Shown here piece after piece: positions 35,388 to 44,365 of a stretch of 64,000 nucleotides of DNA. The notes beneath the pieces are model-generated. The model was not told the origin of the DNA. It saw only the letters and a list, made by a program, of their open reading frames with translations, and searched no databases. The stretch spans positions 44,028 through 108,027 of the forward strand of contig CANRKP010000001.1 of NCBI GenBank assembly GCA_947631245.1, written 5' to 3'. The translations under genes and the position numbers were made by a program. Within the stretch, counting starts at the first letter, position 1. Every line of letters begins with the position of its first letter. This DNA comes from an uncultured Clostridia bacterium. GTDB lineage: Bacteria > Bacillota > Clostridia > Oscillospirales > CAG-272.

Positions 35388-37076
35388 ATGGCAAAAAAGA
35401 AAAAGACAAAAGCAACAGGCAAAATAAAAGTTTTTGCTCTCGGCGGACTTGACGAGATAGGCAAAAACCTTTACGTTATCGAATATGAAAACGACATAAT
35501 AATCGTCGACTGCGGGCTCGGATTTCCCGATGAGGATATGCCCGGCGTCGACCTCGTCATACCCGACATCACATATCTTGAAAAGAATGCAGACCGCGTC
35601 CGCGGCATCTTCATCACGCACGGTCACGAGGACCACATCGGCGCGCTCCCCTATGTGCTGCGAACGCTCCACGTCCCCGTTTACGCGACGCGGCTCACTA
35701 TCGGCATCATAGAGAGCAAGCTCTCGGAGCACAAATTCGACTACAAACCCGAGCTGAACTGCGTTGCCGCAGGCGACGTCATAAAGGCGAGCGACGATAT
35801 TACGGTCGAGTTTATCCGCGTCAACCACAGCATAGCTGACGCATGCGCGCTCGCGATAAAGACGCCTCTCGGCTACATCATACATTCCGGCGACTTCAAA
35901 TTTGACCTCTCCCCGATAGACGGCGAGGTCATGGACGTCAAGAGGCTCGCGGAGATAGGAGCCGAGGGAGTGCTCCTCCTCATGTGCGACTCCACGAACG
36001 CCGAACGCCCCGGATACACTCCGTCTGAGCGGACCGTCGGCAATTCATTTGACCAAATATTCGCCTCTCACGCGACGAACCGCATAATCATAGCGACGTT
36101 CTCTTCAAACGTCCACCGCGTGCAGCAGATAATAGACAACAGCGTCCGCTACGGCAGAAAGGTCGCGATAACGGGGCGCAGCATGCTCACCGTCGTCGGC
36201 GCGGCAACGCGCCTCGGGTACATGGATTTTCCGGACGGCGCCATCATCGACATAAACGATATAAAGAAATACCCCGACAACCGCGTGACCATCATCACGA
36301 CGGGCTCTCAGGGCGAGCCTATGTCCGCCCTCTACCGCATGGCGTTCGGCGACCACTCAAACGTCACGGTCGGCAAAAACGACATTGTAATCATCTCCGC
36401 GAACGCGATACCGGGCAACGAAAAGCTCGTCGGCAAGATAGTCAACGAGCTCTACCGCTGCGGCGCCGAGGTATATAACGACACCTCGTCTCCTATCCAC
36501 GTTTCGGGGCATGCGTGCCAGGAGGATCTCAAGTTCATGCACGCTCTGACGAAACCAAAATACTTCATGCCCATCCACGGCGAACGCCGCCACCTTATGG
36601 AGCACCGCAAGCTCGCGATGTTCATGGGCGAGCGCTCGGAGAACATTTTTGTTCCCGAGCTCGGGCGCGTTCTTGAAATAGACGAGAGCGGCGCGCGCTT
36701 CTCGGGCACCGTTCCGTCCGGCCGCCTGCTCGTGGACGGCACCGGCGTCGGCGACGTCGGCAGCGTCGTGCTCCGCGACCGCATACTGCTCTCTCAGGAC
36801 GGTCTCATCGTCGTATCCGCCGCGATAGACACGCTCGCGCGCGACATCGTGTCGACCCCCGAGATCTACACCCGCGGCTTCATATACGTCAAGGAGTCCG
36901 AGGAGCTGATGGAGGAGATGCGCTCTGTCGCAAGGGACGCGCTCGAACGCGGCATCCTCGACTACAAGCGCGACATTTCGGAAATAAAAAACGACGTCAG
37001 AGACGCGCTTTCAAAATTCGTCTCACGCCGCGTAAAACGACGCCCCATAATCCTGCCCATAATAATAGAAGTTTAA
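35388..37076 (+). CDS. rnj: ribonuclease J
   Basis: The beta-CASP metallo-beta-lactamase motif is ITHGHEDHIGALP, with an N-terminus of KVFALGGLDEIGKN. The length and C-terminal domain are typical. The start is set at the ATG at 35388, which has an upstream RBS. Confidence 0.95.
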   Translation: MAKKKKTKATGKIKVFALGGLDEIGKNLYVIEYENDIIIVDCGLGFPDEDMPGVDLVIPDITYLEKNADRVRGIFITHGHEDHIGALPYVLRTLHVPVYATRLTIGIIESKLSEHKFDYKPELNCVAAGDVIKASDDITVEFIRVNHSIADACALAIKTPLGYIIHSGDFKFDLSPIDGEVMDVKRLAEIGAEGVLLLMCDSTNAERPGYTPSERTVGNSFDQIFASHATNRIIIATFSSNVHRVQQIIDNSVRYGRKVAITGRSMLTVVGAATRLGYMDFPDGAIIDINDIKKYPDNRVTIITTGSQGEPMSALYRMAFGDHSNVTVGKNDIVIISANAIPGNEKLVGKIVNELYRCGAEVYNDTSSPIHVSGHACQEDLKFMHALTKPKYFMPIHGERRHLMEHRKLAMFMGERSENIFVPELGRVLEIDESGARFSGTVPSGRLLVDGTGVGDVGSVVLRDRILLSQDGLIVVSAAIDTLARDIVSTPEIYTRGFIYVKESEELMEEMRSVARDALERGILDYKRDISEIKNDVRDALSKFVSRRVKRRPIILPIIIEV

Positions 37077-37145
37077 GGCGGGAAAGGGACGCATAAAAAA
37101 GCCCCCGCTTGCGCGGGGTCGCTGCGAAAGGAAGTTTTTTCACAT

Positions 37146-37445
37146 ATGGTCAAACACGTTATCTGCTGGAGGCTCCGCACGGATCACGACGAGGCGGAGG
37201 TCAGGGCAAAGGTGGAGTTCTGCAAGAACGCGTTCTCCCGCCTTCCCTCCGTTATCCCCGGGCTCGTCTCGATGAAGCTCTACACCGAGCCCATGACCTC
37301 GTCGACATGCGATCTTATGCTTGACGCGATTTTTGAGGACGAGGCGTCGTACATAGCTTACAAGACGAACCCCGATCATCTCGCCGTCGCATCCGTCATA
37401 CGTCCGCTCGTTTCCGACCGCGTATGCATGGACTGCGTCGTGTAA
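37146..37445 (+). CDS. Dabb (stress-responsive alpha/beta barrel) family protein
   Basis: About 99 aa with the pattern MVKHVICWRL...H.AV, typical of Dabb domain proteins. Confidence 0.75.
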   Translation: MVKHVICWRLRTDHDEAEVRAKVEFCKNAFSRLPSVIPGLVSMKLYTEPMTSSTCDLMLDAIFEDEASYIAYKTNPDHLAVASVIRPLVSDRVCMDCVV

Positions 37446-37477
37446 AGCAGCGCAAATAATAAGACGAAACTGCGTTT

Positions 37478-38101
37478 ATGGACGTCTTTTTCGCAAGCGT
37501 ACCTCATTTTGCGGCGCACACTGTGACATTTTTATTTTTGTCACTATCGGGCTTTAAGCTCGCGGTCGTGATCGCCGTCGCCGCGGCGGCGATAATTGCA
37601 TCTGCCATCATGTTCGTGCGCGGACGACGCCGATTTTCGGACTATGCCGCGGTGCTCGCGTCAGCGGCGGTGCTTTTTGCAATTATTCTTCTCGTGGATT
37701 TCAAGCTCCCCTCCGATTATTTTTCGGATACAGGCTCCCCATCAGACAGGGTCGGCGCCGCCGTCGTTTCGTTTGACGCGTCCGCCGTTGCGGGACGGGA
37801 CGGCGTCTCTCCCGAAAACGGCGTGCTGCTCGCGCCCGTGTCCGTCTCGATAGGCGAAGGCGAGACAGTCCTTGACTTAGCGCTGCGCGCCGCAAAAAGC
37901 GCGGGGCTGCCGTTGGCGCTCGACGCCTCCGGCACATATATTTCATCTGTCGGCGGCATAGGAGAGCGCGCATTCGGCGCTTACTCCGGCTGGGTCGTAT
38001 ATATAAACGGCGAATTTCCCTCCGTCGGCGCAAATGAGCTGACCGTAAAGGACGGCGACGTCATCGAATGGCGTTACACGACGGGCGAGGAATTCGAATA
38101 G
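37478..38101 (+). CDS. DUF4430-like membrane-anchored/secreted protein
   Basis: N-terminal TM segments and a C-terminal SGWVVYINGEFPSVGANELTVKDGDVIEWRYT pattern, which I recall as typical of DUF4430. Confidence 0.65.
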   Translation: MDVFFASVPHFAAHTVTFLFLSLSGFKLAVVIAVAAAAIIASAIMFVRGRRRFSDYAAVLASAAVLFAIILLVDFKLPSDYFSDTGSPSDRVGAAVVSFDASAVAGRDGVSPENGVLLAPVSVSIGEGETVLDLALRAAKSAGLPLALDASGTYISSVGGIGERAFGAYSGWVVYINGEFPSVGANELTVKDGDVIEWRYTTGEEFE

Positions 38102-38121
38102 ATGCGTGGTGGGGACATTAC

Positions 38122-38170
38122 GGGGAGGAAAACTTTTAAAAAAGTTTTCCTCCCCGTACCCCTTGTTTCA
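38122..38170 (+). terminator. terminator after DUF4430-like gene (also copy 2 of the repeated hairpin element)
   Basis: A 16-bp stem (GGGGAGGAAAACTTTT / AAAAGTTTTCCTCCCC) is followed by a T-rich tract. Confidence 0.7.
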
Positions 38171-38179
38171 AAACTTTCA

Positions 38180-38208
38180 ATAAAAAGGGAGGCGTTTTTC
38201 GCCTCCCC
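38180..38208 (-). terminator. terminator of phosphofructokinase gene
   Basis: A GGGAGGCG / CGCCTCCC stem (38187-38194 and 38200-38207) is followed by a minus-strand T-run (CTTTTTATTG). Confidence 0.7.
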
Positions 38209-38229
38209 GATATATTTTTATGTGTCTTA

Positions 38230-39480
38230 TTACTCGACTCTTACCTTTTTGAGGCGTGCAAATCTCGGCAGCCCGTCTTCCTTCACCATCTGCGTTTCGC
38301 CCTGGATGAGGGGGAGGCAGTACTCTATGAACTTCTCGTTCATGCCGTCGCGCGTCTCGTTCATCCACTCGAGCGGGACCTTCTTTTCCGCGTTGGCGAC
38401 AACGGAAAGGTCGATGAGCTCGGGCTCGCAGACGTATTTGCCGTTCTCGTCGTATGTGCGGCGGAAGCCCACCATCTTGTCGGTTTCGCCCTTGACGGCG
38501 TATTCGACCGCCATTTTGCCCGACATGAAGCTCTCGTCTATATCCGTCTGCGACGCGGAGTGAGCCGCGCAGCGCTGGAGGAGCGAAAGCTCGATGCCGC
38601 GGACCTTTGCGCCCGTCGCTTCTTTTACGACGCCGGCGAGATATGCGGCAAGTCCTCCCATCTGGGCGTGACCGAAGCTGTCCTTCTGTGAGGCGAGGTC
38701 TGAGCCGTACTCGGCGATATACCTTCCGTCCTTGTCGTGAATGCCCTCGGAGACGCAGACGATGACCTTGCCGCGCTCCTCGTAAAGCGAAGAGACTTTC
38801 TTCTTGAACGCTTCGAGGTCAAAATCGACCTCGGGCAGATATATGAGGTCGGGTCCGCTGCCCTTGTATGCGGCGAGAGAGGAGGCGGCCGTGAGCCATC
38901 CGGCGTTTCTGCCCATGATCTCGATAACGGTTATCATTCCCGTATCGTAAACGCGGGCGTCGCGGTAGACCTCCATGACGGAGGTTGCGATATACTTTGC
39001 AGCCGATGCAAAGCCGGGGCAGTGATCGGTCACCGCGAGATCGTTGTCTATCGTCTTCGGAATGCCCATGACGCGGCACTCGTAGCCGTTTTTGAGGCAG
39101 TATTTGCTTATCTTGTTGCAGGTGTCCATGCTGTCGTTTCCGCCGTTGTAGAAGAAGTAGCGGATATTGTGCTTTTTGAACACCTCGAGGATGCGGCGGT
39201 AGTCTGTATCGTCGACATCGGGATCCTTGAGCTTGTAGCGGCATGAGCCGAGCGCGCTCGAGGGAGTATATTTCAGAAGCTCAAGCTCTGCGGGATCCTC
39301 AGCGGCCATATCTATGAGCCTGTCGTAGAGAACGCCGCGTATTCCGTTCTCGGCGCCGTAAACGCCCGTGATAACGTCGCTGTCAAGCGCCGTTCTTATC
39401 GCGCCGTAAGCGCTCGCGTTGATGACCGAGGTGGGGCCGCCGGACTGACCGATAACGGCTGCGCCTTTGAGTGTTGCCAT
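38230..39480 (-). CDS. phosphofructokinase family protein, probably PPi-dependent (diphosphate-fructose-6-phosphate 1-phosphotransferase)
   Basis: AVIGQSGGPTSVINAS, GGNDS, PKTIDND and MGR motifs. The ~416 aa size matches the clostridial Pfp type. The start is set at the ATG at 39480. Confidence 0.88.
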   Translation of the reverse strand: MATLKGAAVIGQSGGPTSVINASAYGAIRTALDSDVITGVYGAENGIRGVLYDRLIDMAAEDPAELELLKYTPSSALGSCRYKLKDPDVDDTDYRRILEVFKKHNIRYFFYNGGNDSMDTCNKISKYCLKNGYECRVMGIPKTIDNDLAVTDHCPGFASAAKYIATSVMEVYRDARVYDTGMITVIEIMGRNAGWLTAASSLAAYKGSGPDLIYLPEVDFDLEAFKKKVSSLYEERGKVIVCVSEGIHDKDGRYIAEYGSDLASQKDSFGHAQMGGLAAYLAGVVKEATGAKVRGIELSLLQRCAAHSASQTDIDESFMSGKMAVEYAVKGETDKMVGFRRTYDENGKYVCEPELIDLSVVANAEKKVPLEWMNETRDGMNEKFIEYCLPLIQGETQMVKEDGLPRFARLKKVRVE

Positions 39481-39640
39481 GGTATTTTGTATCTCCTTTA
39501 TTTTCTTATATCTGTCGTTTTTCCGAATTCCGAGCCAATGCATATTTTATCACACAATGGAGATAAAAACAATGAGAAAACAGGATATATTCGCGTGATT
39601 TTGCCCTCTTTTTTTGTCGACTTTGCAGCGTCTTTGCCGC

Positions 39641-39677
39641 AAATATCCCCCGCGGCGCATGCGCGGGGGATATTTTT
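39641..39677 (-). terminator. probable terminator of yitT
   Basis: A 12-bp perfect stem (ATATCCCCCGCG / CGCGGGGGATAT) starts 6 nt after the stop codon. The minus-strand T-run is weak. Confidence 0.55.
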
Positions 39678-39679
39678 CC

Positions 39680-40558
39680 TCAGAGCTCCTCTGCGGCAAA
39701 GCCCTCTCCCAAAACCTCTTTTGCGTCCGTCAGTATCATGAACGCCTTCGGGTCGACACGCTTGACCGTCGCTTTGACGCGATAGAGCTCGTGCGGCTTG
39801 ACGACGCAGAGAATGACGTTTTTGTCCGTGTGCGAATACCAGCCCTCGCCGCGCAAAAGCGTGACGCCGCGGTCGAGCTCCTCCGCTATGGCTTTCGATA
39901 TCTCGTCCGACTTATCCGAAATTATGAACGACATCTTCGCGCTCTTGTTGCCGTCTATGATATAGTCGACGGCAAATGTATACGCGTATATCGAAATGAC
40001 GGAATAGAATACAGTATTAAGGCTCTTCGTTATGAGCGCGGAGCCGCCTATGACAAACAGGTCTATGATGAATATGATGCGCCCCGTCGAAAGGCTCTTT
40101 ATCAGCTTCTGCTTCAGCATGACGCCCGCGAGGTCGCTGCCTCCCGTATTGTAGCCGCGCGACATCATCATGCCGGCGCCGACACCGAGCAGAAGACCGC
40201 CCATTATCGCGGCGAGCAGCGGGTCGTCCGTCATCGACATATGAAGGAGCTCGAGCAGGTTCGACATCGTCGACGTCATGAGCACGGCGACGACGACGCG
40301 CCACAAAACTCTCCATCCGTATATCTTCAACCCGAAAAGAATTATGGGGATGTTGATAAGGAGTATCATCGAACCTATCGTGAGACTGGGGAAAAGGATG
40401 TTGATCGTTGTCGCGATACCTGTCGCGCCTCCCATTATCGTCCCGGACGGACCGATAAAAAACGCAATCGCAATGCCGTATATGGCGCTGCCGAGCAAAA
40501 GCGCCGCCGCCTCCGAAAGCAACGCCCGCACATTGACGGGAGTTTTTTCCTTGTTCAT
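39680..40558 (-). CDS. YitT family membrane protein (with C-terminal DUF2179 domain)
   Basis: Polytopic N-terminal part with a soluble C-terminal domain (DRGVTLLRGEGWYSHTDKNVILCVV...RVDPKAFMILTDAKEVLGEGF). Confidence 0.85.
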   Translation of the reverse strand: MNKEKTPVNVRALLSEAAALLLGSAIYGIAIAFFIGPSGTIMGGATGIATTINILFPSLTIGSMILLINIPIILFGLKIYGWRVLWRVVVAVLMTSTMSNLLELLHMSMTDDPLLAAIMGGLLLGVGAGMMMSRGYNTGGSDLAGVMLKQKLIKSLSTGRIIFIIDLFVIGGSALITKSLNTVFYSVISIYAYTFAVDYIIDGNKSAKMSFIISDKSDEISKAIAEELDRGVTLLRGEGWYSHTDKNVILCVVKPHELYRVKATVKRVDPKAFMILTDAKEVLGEGFAAEEL

Positions 40559-40777
40559 CTGTTTTTCTTGTTTCTCCGATTTCTTTATTTCCGCACATAT
40601 ATTTTATTCCCGAAACGGCCCTTTGTCAATCATAAAGAAGCGGTGCGCCAAAATATTTTCCGCACTGAAAAAAGCGGCAGCCCTGTCTCTTTTTTCGCAG
40701 TATGACGGTCTCTTTGCCGGCGCACAATAATATCGCGGCGAGGTGCCGCAGAAAAAACAAAACAGCGAGAAAAAGCG

Positions 40778-41227
40778 ATGAACACACCCGATAAGGAGAT
40801 GTACTGCGAGGTCTACCGCAGCTCAAAGATGGGCACGGAGTCGATCATGGCGCTTCTGCCAAAGGTCGAAAACGAACAGCTCAGAGCCGATATGGTCACT
40901 CAGATGAACGGCTACGGCAGCTTCGCCGAGCGCGCCAAAAACGGACTTTCCGAGGCGCACATCGAGGCGCAGGAGGAGAAAAAGTCCAAGGTTTTCGCCG
41001 CGAAGTCCGGCATCGCCGCAGAGACGCTCTTTGACTCGTCGGCATCCCATATTGCGGAGCTGATGATAAGAGGAAGCGGCGCGGACATCGTTTCGATAAC
41101 GCGTTCGCAGAACGAGGCGACGCACGGTCAGGTCCGTATATCGGAGGCGACTCCGGCATTCAGGCTCTGCTCGGAACTCGTCGATTTCGAAAATCAGAAC
41201 ATCGAGCGCATGAAAAAGTATCTGTAA
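40778..41227 (+). CDS. hypothetical protein (likely all-helical)
   Basis: ORF of 149 aa followed by a G/C hairpin terminator. No motif recognised. Confidence 0.5.
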   Translation: MNTPDKEMYCEVYRSSKMGTESIMALLPKVENEQLRADMVTQMNGYGSFAERAKNGLSEAHIEAQEEKKSKVFAAKSGIAAETLFDSSASHIAELMIRGSGADIVSITRSQNEATHGQVRISEATPAFRLCSELVDFENQNIERMKKYL

Positions 41228-41251
41228 ACGATATGGATACAAGGAAAAAGC

Positions 41252-41283
41252 GGGGGGAATGCTTTCCCCCCGTTATTCCTTTC
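41252..41283 (+). terminator. terminator after the 149-aa ORF
   Basis: A GGGGGGAA / TTCCCCCC stem with a 4-nt loop is followed by GTTATTCCTTTC. Confidence 0.65.
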
Positions 41284-43153
41284 AGCGTCTGCCGCCGGGA
41301 CCTCCGAAGCCGCCGGGCCTTCCGCCGCCGCCTCCGGGTCCTCCGCCGCCGAAGCCGCCTCCCTCTCCGTATATGAGAGAGGTCATTTTTATTTCATACG
41401 AGTTTCCGCCGACCAAAAGCGTGTATTCTCCGCCCTCTTTTATCCCGGGCGCGCTTATTACGACGGAATTATACGACTTTGCTGGCTGAAACTCTGCGAG
41501 CACATCTCCGTTTTCGTCCGTGAGCGTAACTTTGCCGCCATCGCTGCTGCCGACGTTATACATAATGGCTCCCTGCGTAGAGGATGAGCCGAAATTTTCC
41601 GCCATTCCGGAGGCTCCGACCGCAACGACGACGCCGCCCGTGATCTTCCCCTCCGTCGCGTAGTCGAGCGCGCCGTTGCCGCTGTTCGTCGGACCGTCGA
41701 CGTAAGTCTCGCCGCCCTCGACGAAAAGCGCGCCGTTTGAGTCGAGCCCGTCGCCGGACGCGTTTACATATACTCTTCCTCCCGAAATGAGCAGGTATAC
41801 TTCCGTCCCGCTCTCCGTCTCAGACGGGGCTCCGGGACGTCCTCCGCCGAACATTCCGCCGGTATCTCCCGTTCCATCGGAGGCGTTGAAGCCGTCGTCG
41901 TCGGAAACTATGCTCACCTCACCGTCCGAGACGGTTATTGTTTTACCTTCTATGCCCTCGTAGCTCTTCTTTATGTCAACGCTGCCGCCCGAGATGACAA
42001 TGCTGCCGTCCGCGTGTATCCCGTCGTCGCCGGAGGAAATAGAGATCTCCCCTCCCGAGACATTCACGTTTCCGTCGCTGTGCACCGCGTCGTCAGCCGT
42101 GTCGACCGTTATGACGCCGCCCGAAACGGCAACGGCGGCGCTGCCCTTTATCCCCTTTTGGCTGACGGTATCGTCCGACGTGTCGGCGGAGCCTCCGAAG
42201 CCGCTGAAACCGCCCCACATGCCGCCCGTGTGCTGCTCGCCGTTTTTGCTGCCGCCGCCCGCGGTCACTTTTATCTCCCCGCCGGAGACATTCACTTCTC
42301 TTCCGGCGTATATCCCGTCTCCGTCGGCGGTTATGTCAAATCTGCCGCCCGTTATGACAACGTTCCCGCGCTCCGCGTCGTCGTCGTTTTCGGAACGTAT
42401 GCCGTCCTTGCCCGAGACGAGCGTCAGCGTGCCGCCCGCGACGGCGGCGCAGTCCTTGCCGGAGAGCGCGTGCCCCTCGGGCGCGCTGACGGAGAATTCA
42501 CCGCCCGTTATTTTAAGGTCGTCCTTTGAGACTATCCCGTCGCCCTTCTCGGAGCTGACCGTCAGCTTCCCCTCGCCGTTGAAGGTTATATCCTCGCGGG
42601 AGAAAATGGCGCCGTCGACGTTTACGGTATCTCCCGTTTCGGCGTCGGTATCCGGCGAAAACTCACCTTTCGACGAAAGGAAATTCTCGCTCCCGCGGGC
42701 GAGCGTGACGAAGACCTTGTCTGCGCTTTTCACATACAGCGCCGCCGAGCCTTCGTTCGTTATGTCGACGCCGTCGAGCACAAGCTGTATCTTGTCGCTC
42801 TTATCCGCCTCAATTTTGACGGAGCCGTTTTTCACATTCCCGGAGAGAACGTAGACGCCCGCCTCCGTTATCAGATTTTCGCCTTCCGACAGCGTCAGCC
42901 TGACCGCGCCGTCCTCGTCGTAATCGGTTTCGAGGTCGCGGGCGGAGAACACGTCGTCGGGGTCGATACTCGTAACGATGTCATTATTTCCCGCCGTATC
43001 CGACGGCGCTTTTATATCGTTATTTTCTCCCGTCACGCCGCCGGTCTCATCGCCCTTGTTTTCAGAAACCGCGGGGCTGCATCCGCACAAAAGAAGGCAA
43101 ATGACCAAGGCTGCCGGCACAAATTTATATCTTTTCATGAGCGCACGCTCCAA
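41282..43153 (-). CDS. Cthe_2159-like carbohydrate-binding beta-helix lipoprotein with Gly/Pro-rich C-terminal tail
   Basis: The lipobox is LLLCGCS. Recurrent repeats of the type V.V.GG.i.I....DGI.s.G.v.isGG suggest a parallel beta-helix. The tail reads GEGGGFGGGGPGGGGGRPGGFGGPGGRR. Confidence 0.72.
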   Translation of the reverse strand: MERALMKRYKFVPAALVICLLLCGCSPAVSENKGDETGGVTGENNDIKAPSDTAGNNDIVTSIDPDDVFSARDLETDYDEDGAVRLTLSEGENLITEAGVYVLSGNVKNGSVKIEADKSDKIQLVLDGVDITNEGSAALYVKSADKVFVTLARGSENFLSSKGEFSPDTDAETGDTVNVDGAIFSREDITFNGEGKLTVSSEKGDGIVSKDDLKITGGEFSVSAPEGHALSGKDCAAVAGGTLTLVSGKDGIRSENDDDAERGNVVITGGRFDITADGDGIYAGREVNVSGGEIKVTAGGGSKNGEQHTGGMWGGFSGFGGSADTSDDTVSQKGIKGSAAVAVSGGVITVDTADDAVHSDGNVNVSGGEISISSGDDGIHADGSIVISGGSVDIKKSYEGIEGKTITVSDGEVSIVSDDDGFNASDGTGDTGGMFGGGRPGAPSETESGTEVYLLISGGRVYVNASGDGLDSNGALFVEGGETYVDGPTNSGNGALDYATEGKITGGVVVAVGASGMAENFGSSSTQGAIMYNVGSSDGGKVTLTDENGDVLAEFQPAKSYNSVVISAPGIKEGGEYTLLVGGNSYEIKMTSLIYGEGGGFGGGGPGGGGGRPGGFGGPGGRR

Positions 43154-43271
43154 AAAATTTTTTATGATGTGATTTTACCCAAATAACGTAAAGATATAAT
43201 GTTCGTCATGTGAAATAAAGGTGACGGGGAGCGGAAAATTTATCAACCCTGCGCCGTAAGCATGCACATGC

Positions 43272-43333
43272 GAAAAAAATCGGGGGGGAAAGGCTTTCAT
43301 TGCCGCCGCAGACGCGCCGGAAAGCCCTTCCCC
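43272..43333 (-). terminator. terminator of trxB
   Basis: A ~14-bp stem with one mismatch (43285-43298 and 43320-43333) is followed on the minus strand by GATTTTTTTCG. Confidence 0.7.
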
Positions 43334-43358
43334 TGTGTATTTGTTATATTTTATCCTC

Positions 43359-44279
43359 TCACCCGAGATATCTGCACGCGGCGACTGCGGCGGCGGCGCC
43401 GTCTGCGGTCGCCGTCGTTATCTGGCGCACGGTCTTCGTGCGGCAGTCTCCGGCGACGAAAACGCCAGGCGTCTCCGTGACGCACGTCTCGTCAGACATG
43501 ATATATCCTGCCTCGTCAAGGCTCGTCATCGCCTCGAACGGCTGATTCTTCGGCTCAAGTCCTACGGCGACGAACGCGCCGTCGCAGACGATATCCTCCA
43601 TCCTCCCGTCCGCCGTGTGCTTCACGGTGACGCCGCCGAAGCTGCCGTCGTCACGCTTTATGAACTTATCGACAGTGACGCCGCATATGACGTTTACGTT
43701 TTCGCGGGCAAGGAGCGAGTTCTGAAGCGTCTTCTCCCCCGTCAGAAAATCGAGGTTCTGAAGCACCGTGACGCTTTTGCAGCCGTCGGCGAGCATCAGC
43801 GCCTCGCCGAGCGCGGAGTTTCCCCCGCCGACAACGGCGACGTCTCGCCCGCGGTAGAACGCGCCGTCGCACACGGCGCAGAACGACACGCCCTCTCCTA
43901 TAAGGTCCGCCTCTCCCGGAACGCCGAGCCGCCTGTGCTCAGCACCCGCCGCGATTATTACTGCGCGCGCCTCATACTCGGCGCCGCTCTCGCAGCGCAC
44001 GGTCTTGACATAGTCGGGCGCGCCGCCCTCCGTGATGCCAGTGACTTCCTCAAGCTCCGTTTCGGCTCCGAGTTCGAGCACCTGCGTCACCATCGCGTCC
44101 GCGATCTCGTTGCCGGACGCGGACTGAAGACCGGGATAATTCTCTATCTTCGGGGAATACGTCATCTGCCCGCCGAACGCCGCCTTCTCAAGCAGAAGCA
44201 CGCTCTTTTCCGAGCGCCGCGCGTATATCGCCGCCGTGAGTCCGGCGGGACCCGCGCCTATTATAATAATATCGTACAT
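43359..44279 (-). CDS. trxB: thioredoxin-disulfide reductase
   Basis: The FAD site is IIIGAGPAGLTAA, the redox-active motif is CAVCDG and the NADPH site is VVGGGNSALGEA. Confidence 0.92.
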   Translation of the reverse strand: MYDIIIIGAGPAGLTAAIYARRSEKSVLLLEKAAFGGQMTYSPKIENYPGLQSASGNEIADAMVTQVLELGAETELEEVTGITEGGAPDYVKTVRCESGAEYEARAVIIAAGAEHRRLGVPGEADLIGEGVSFCAVCDGAFYRGRDVAVVGGGNSALGEALMLADGCKSVTVLQNLDFLTGEKTLQNSLLARENVNVICGVTVDKFIKRDDGSFGGVTVKHTADGRMEDIVCDGAFVAVGLEPKNQPFEAMTSLDEAGYIMSDETCVTETPGVFVAGDCRTKTVRQITTATADGAAAAVAACRYLG

Positions 44280-44289
44280 ATACCTTCCT

Positions 44290-44355
44290 CCATAATAAAA
44301 AGGCTCTGGGGAGCCTTAAAACCGGCGACGGGGGAGGGAGTTTTCCCCCTCCCCC
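44290..44355 (-). terminator. two tandem hairpins between the nrdD stop and the trxB RBS (partial terminator/attenuator?)
   Basis: Hairpin B is GGGGGAGGG / CCCTCCCCC (44330-44355). Hairpin A is AAGGCTC / GAGCCTT (44300-44317). Hairpin A is followed on the minus strand by TTTTTATTATGG, which runs directly into the GGAGG RBS of trxB. Confidence 0.55.
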
Positions 44356-44365
44356 GAAGCTTTTC

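Larger units (their letters stand above)
38122..38208. repeat. intergenic hairpin element, copy 2
   Basis: See copy 1. I estimate roughly 70-85% identity by eye over ~75-85 nt. Both copies lie between convergent gene ends. Confidence 0.5.

Noticed and set aside
39614-40705. 363-aa plus-strand ORF opposite yitT, and likewise 43335..44396 opposite trxB, 44819..45493 opposite nrdD, 48742..49815 opposite the DUF4340/GldG genes, 51273..52730 opposite the ABC genes, and 58934..59929 opposite the mannitol-dehydrogenase-family gene
   Set aside because: All are antisense to genes with clear family motifs, and all have Arg/Ala/Val-rich compositions typical of GC-rich shadow ORFs.
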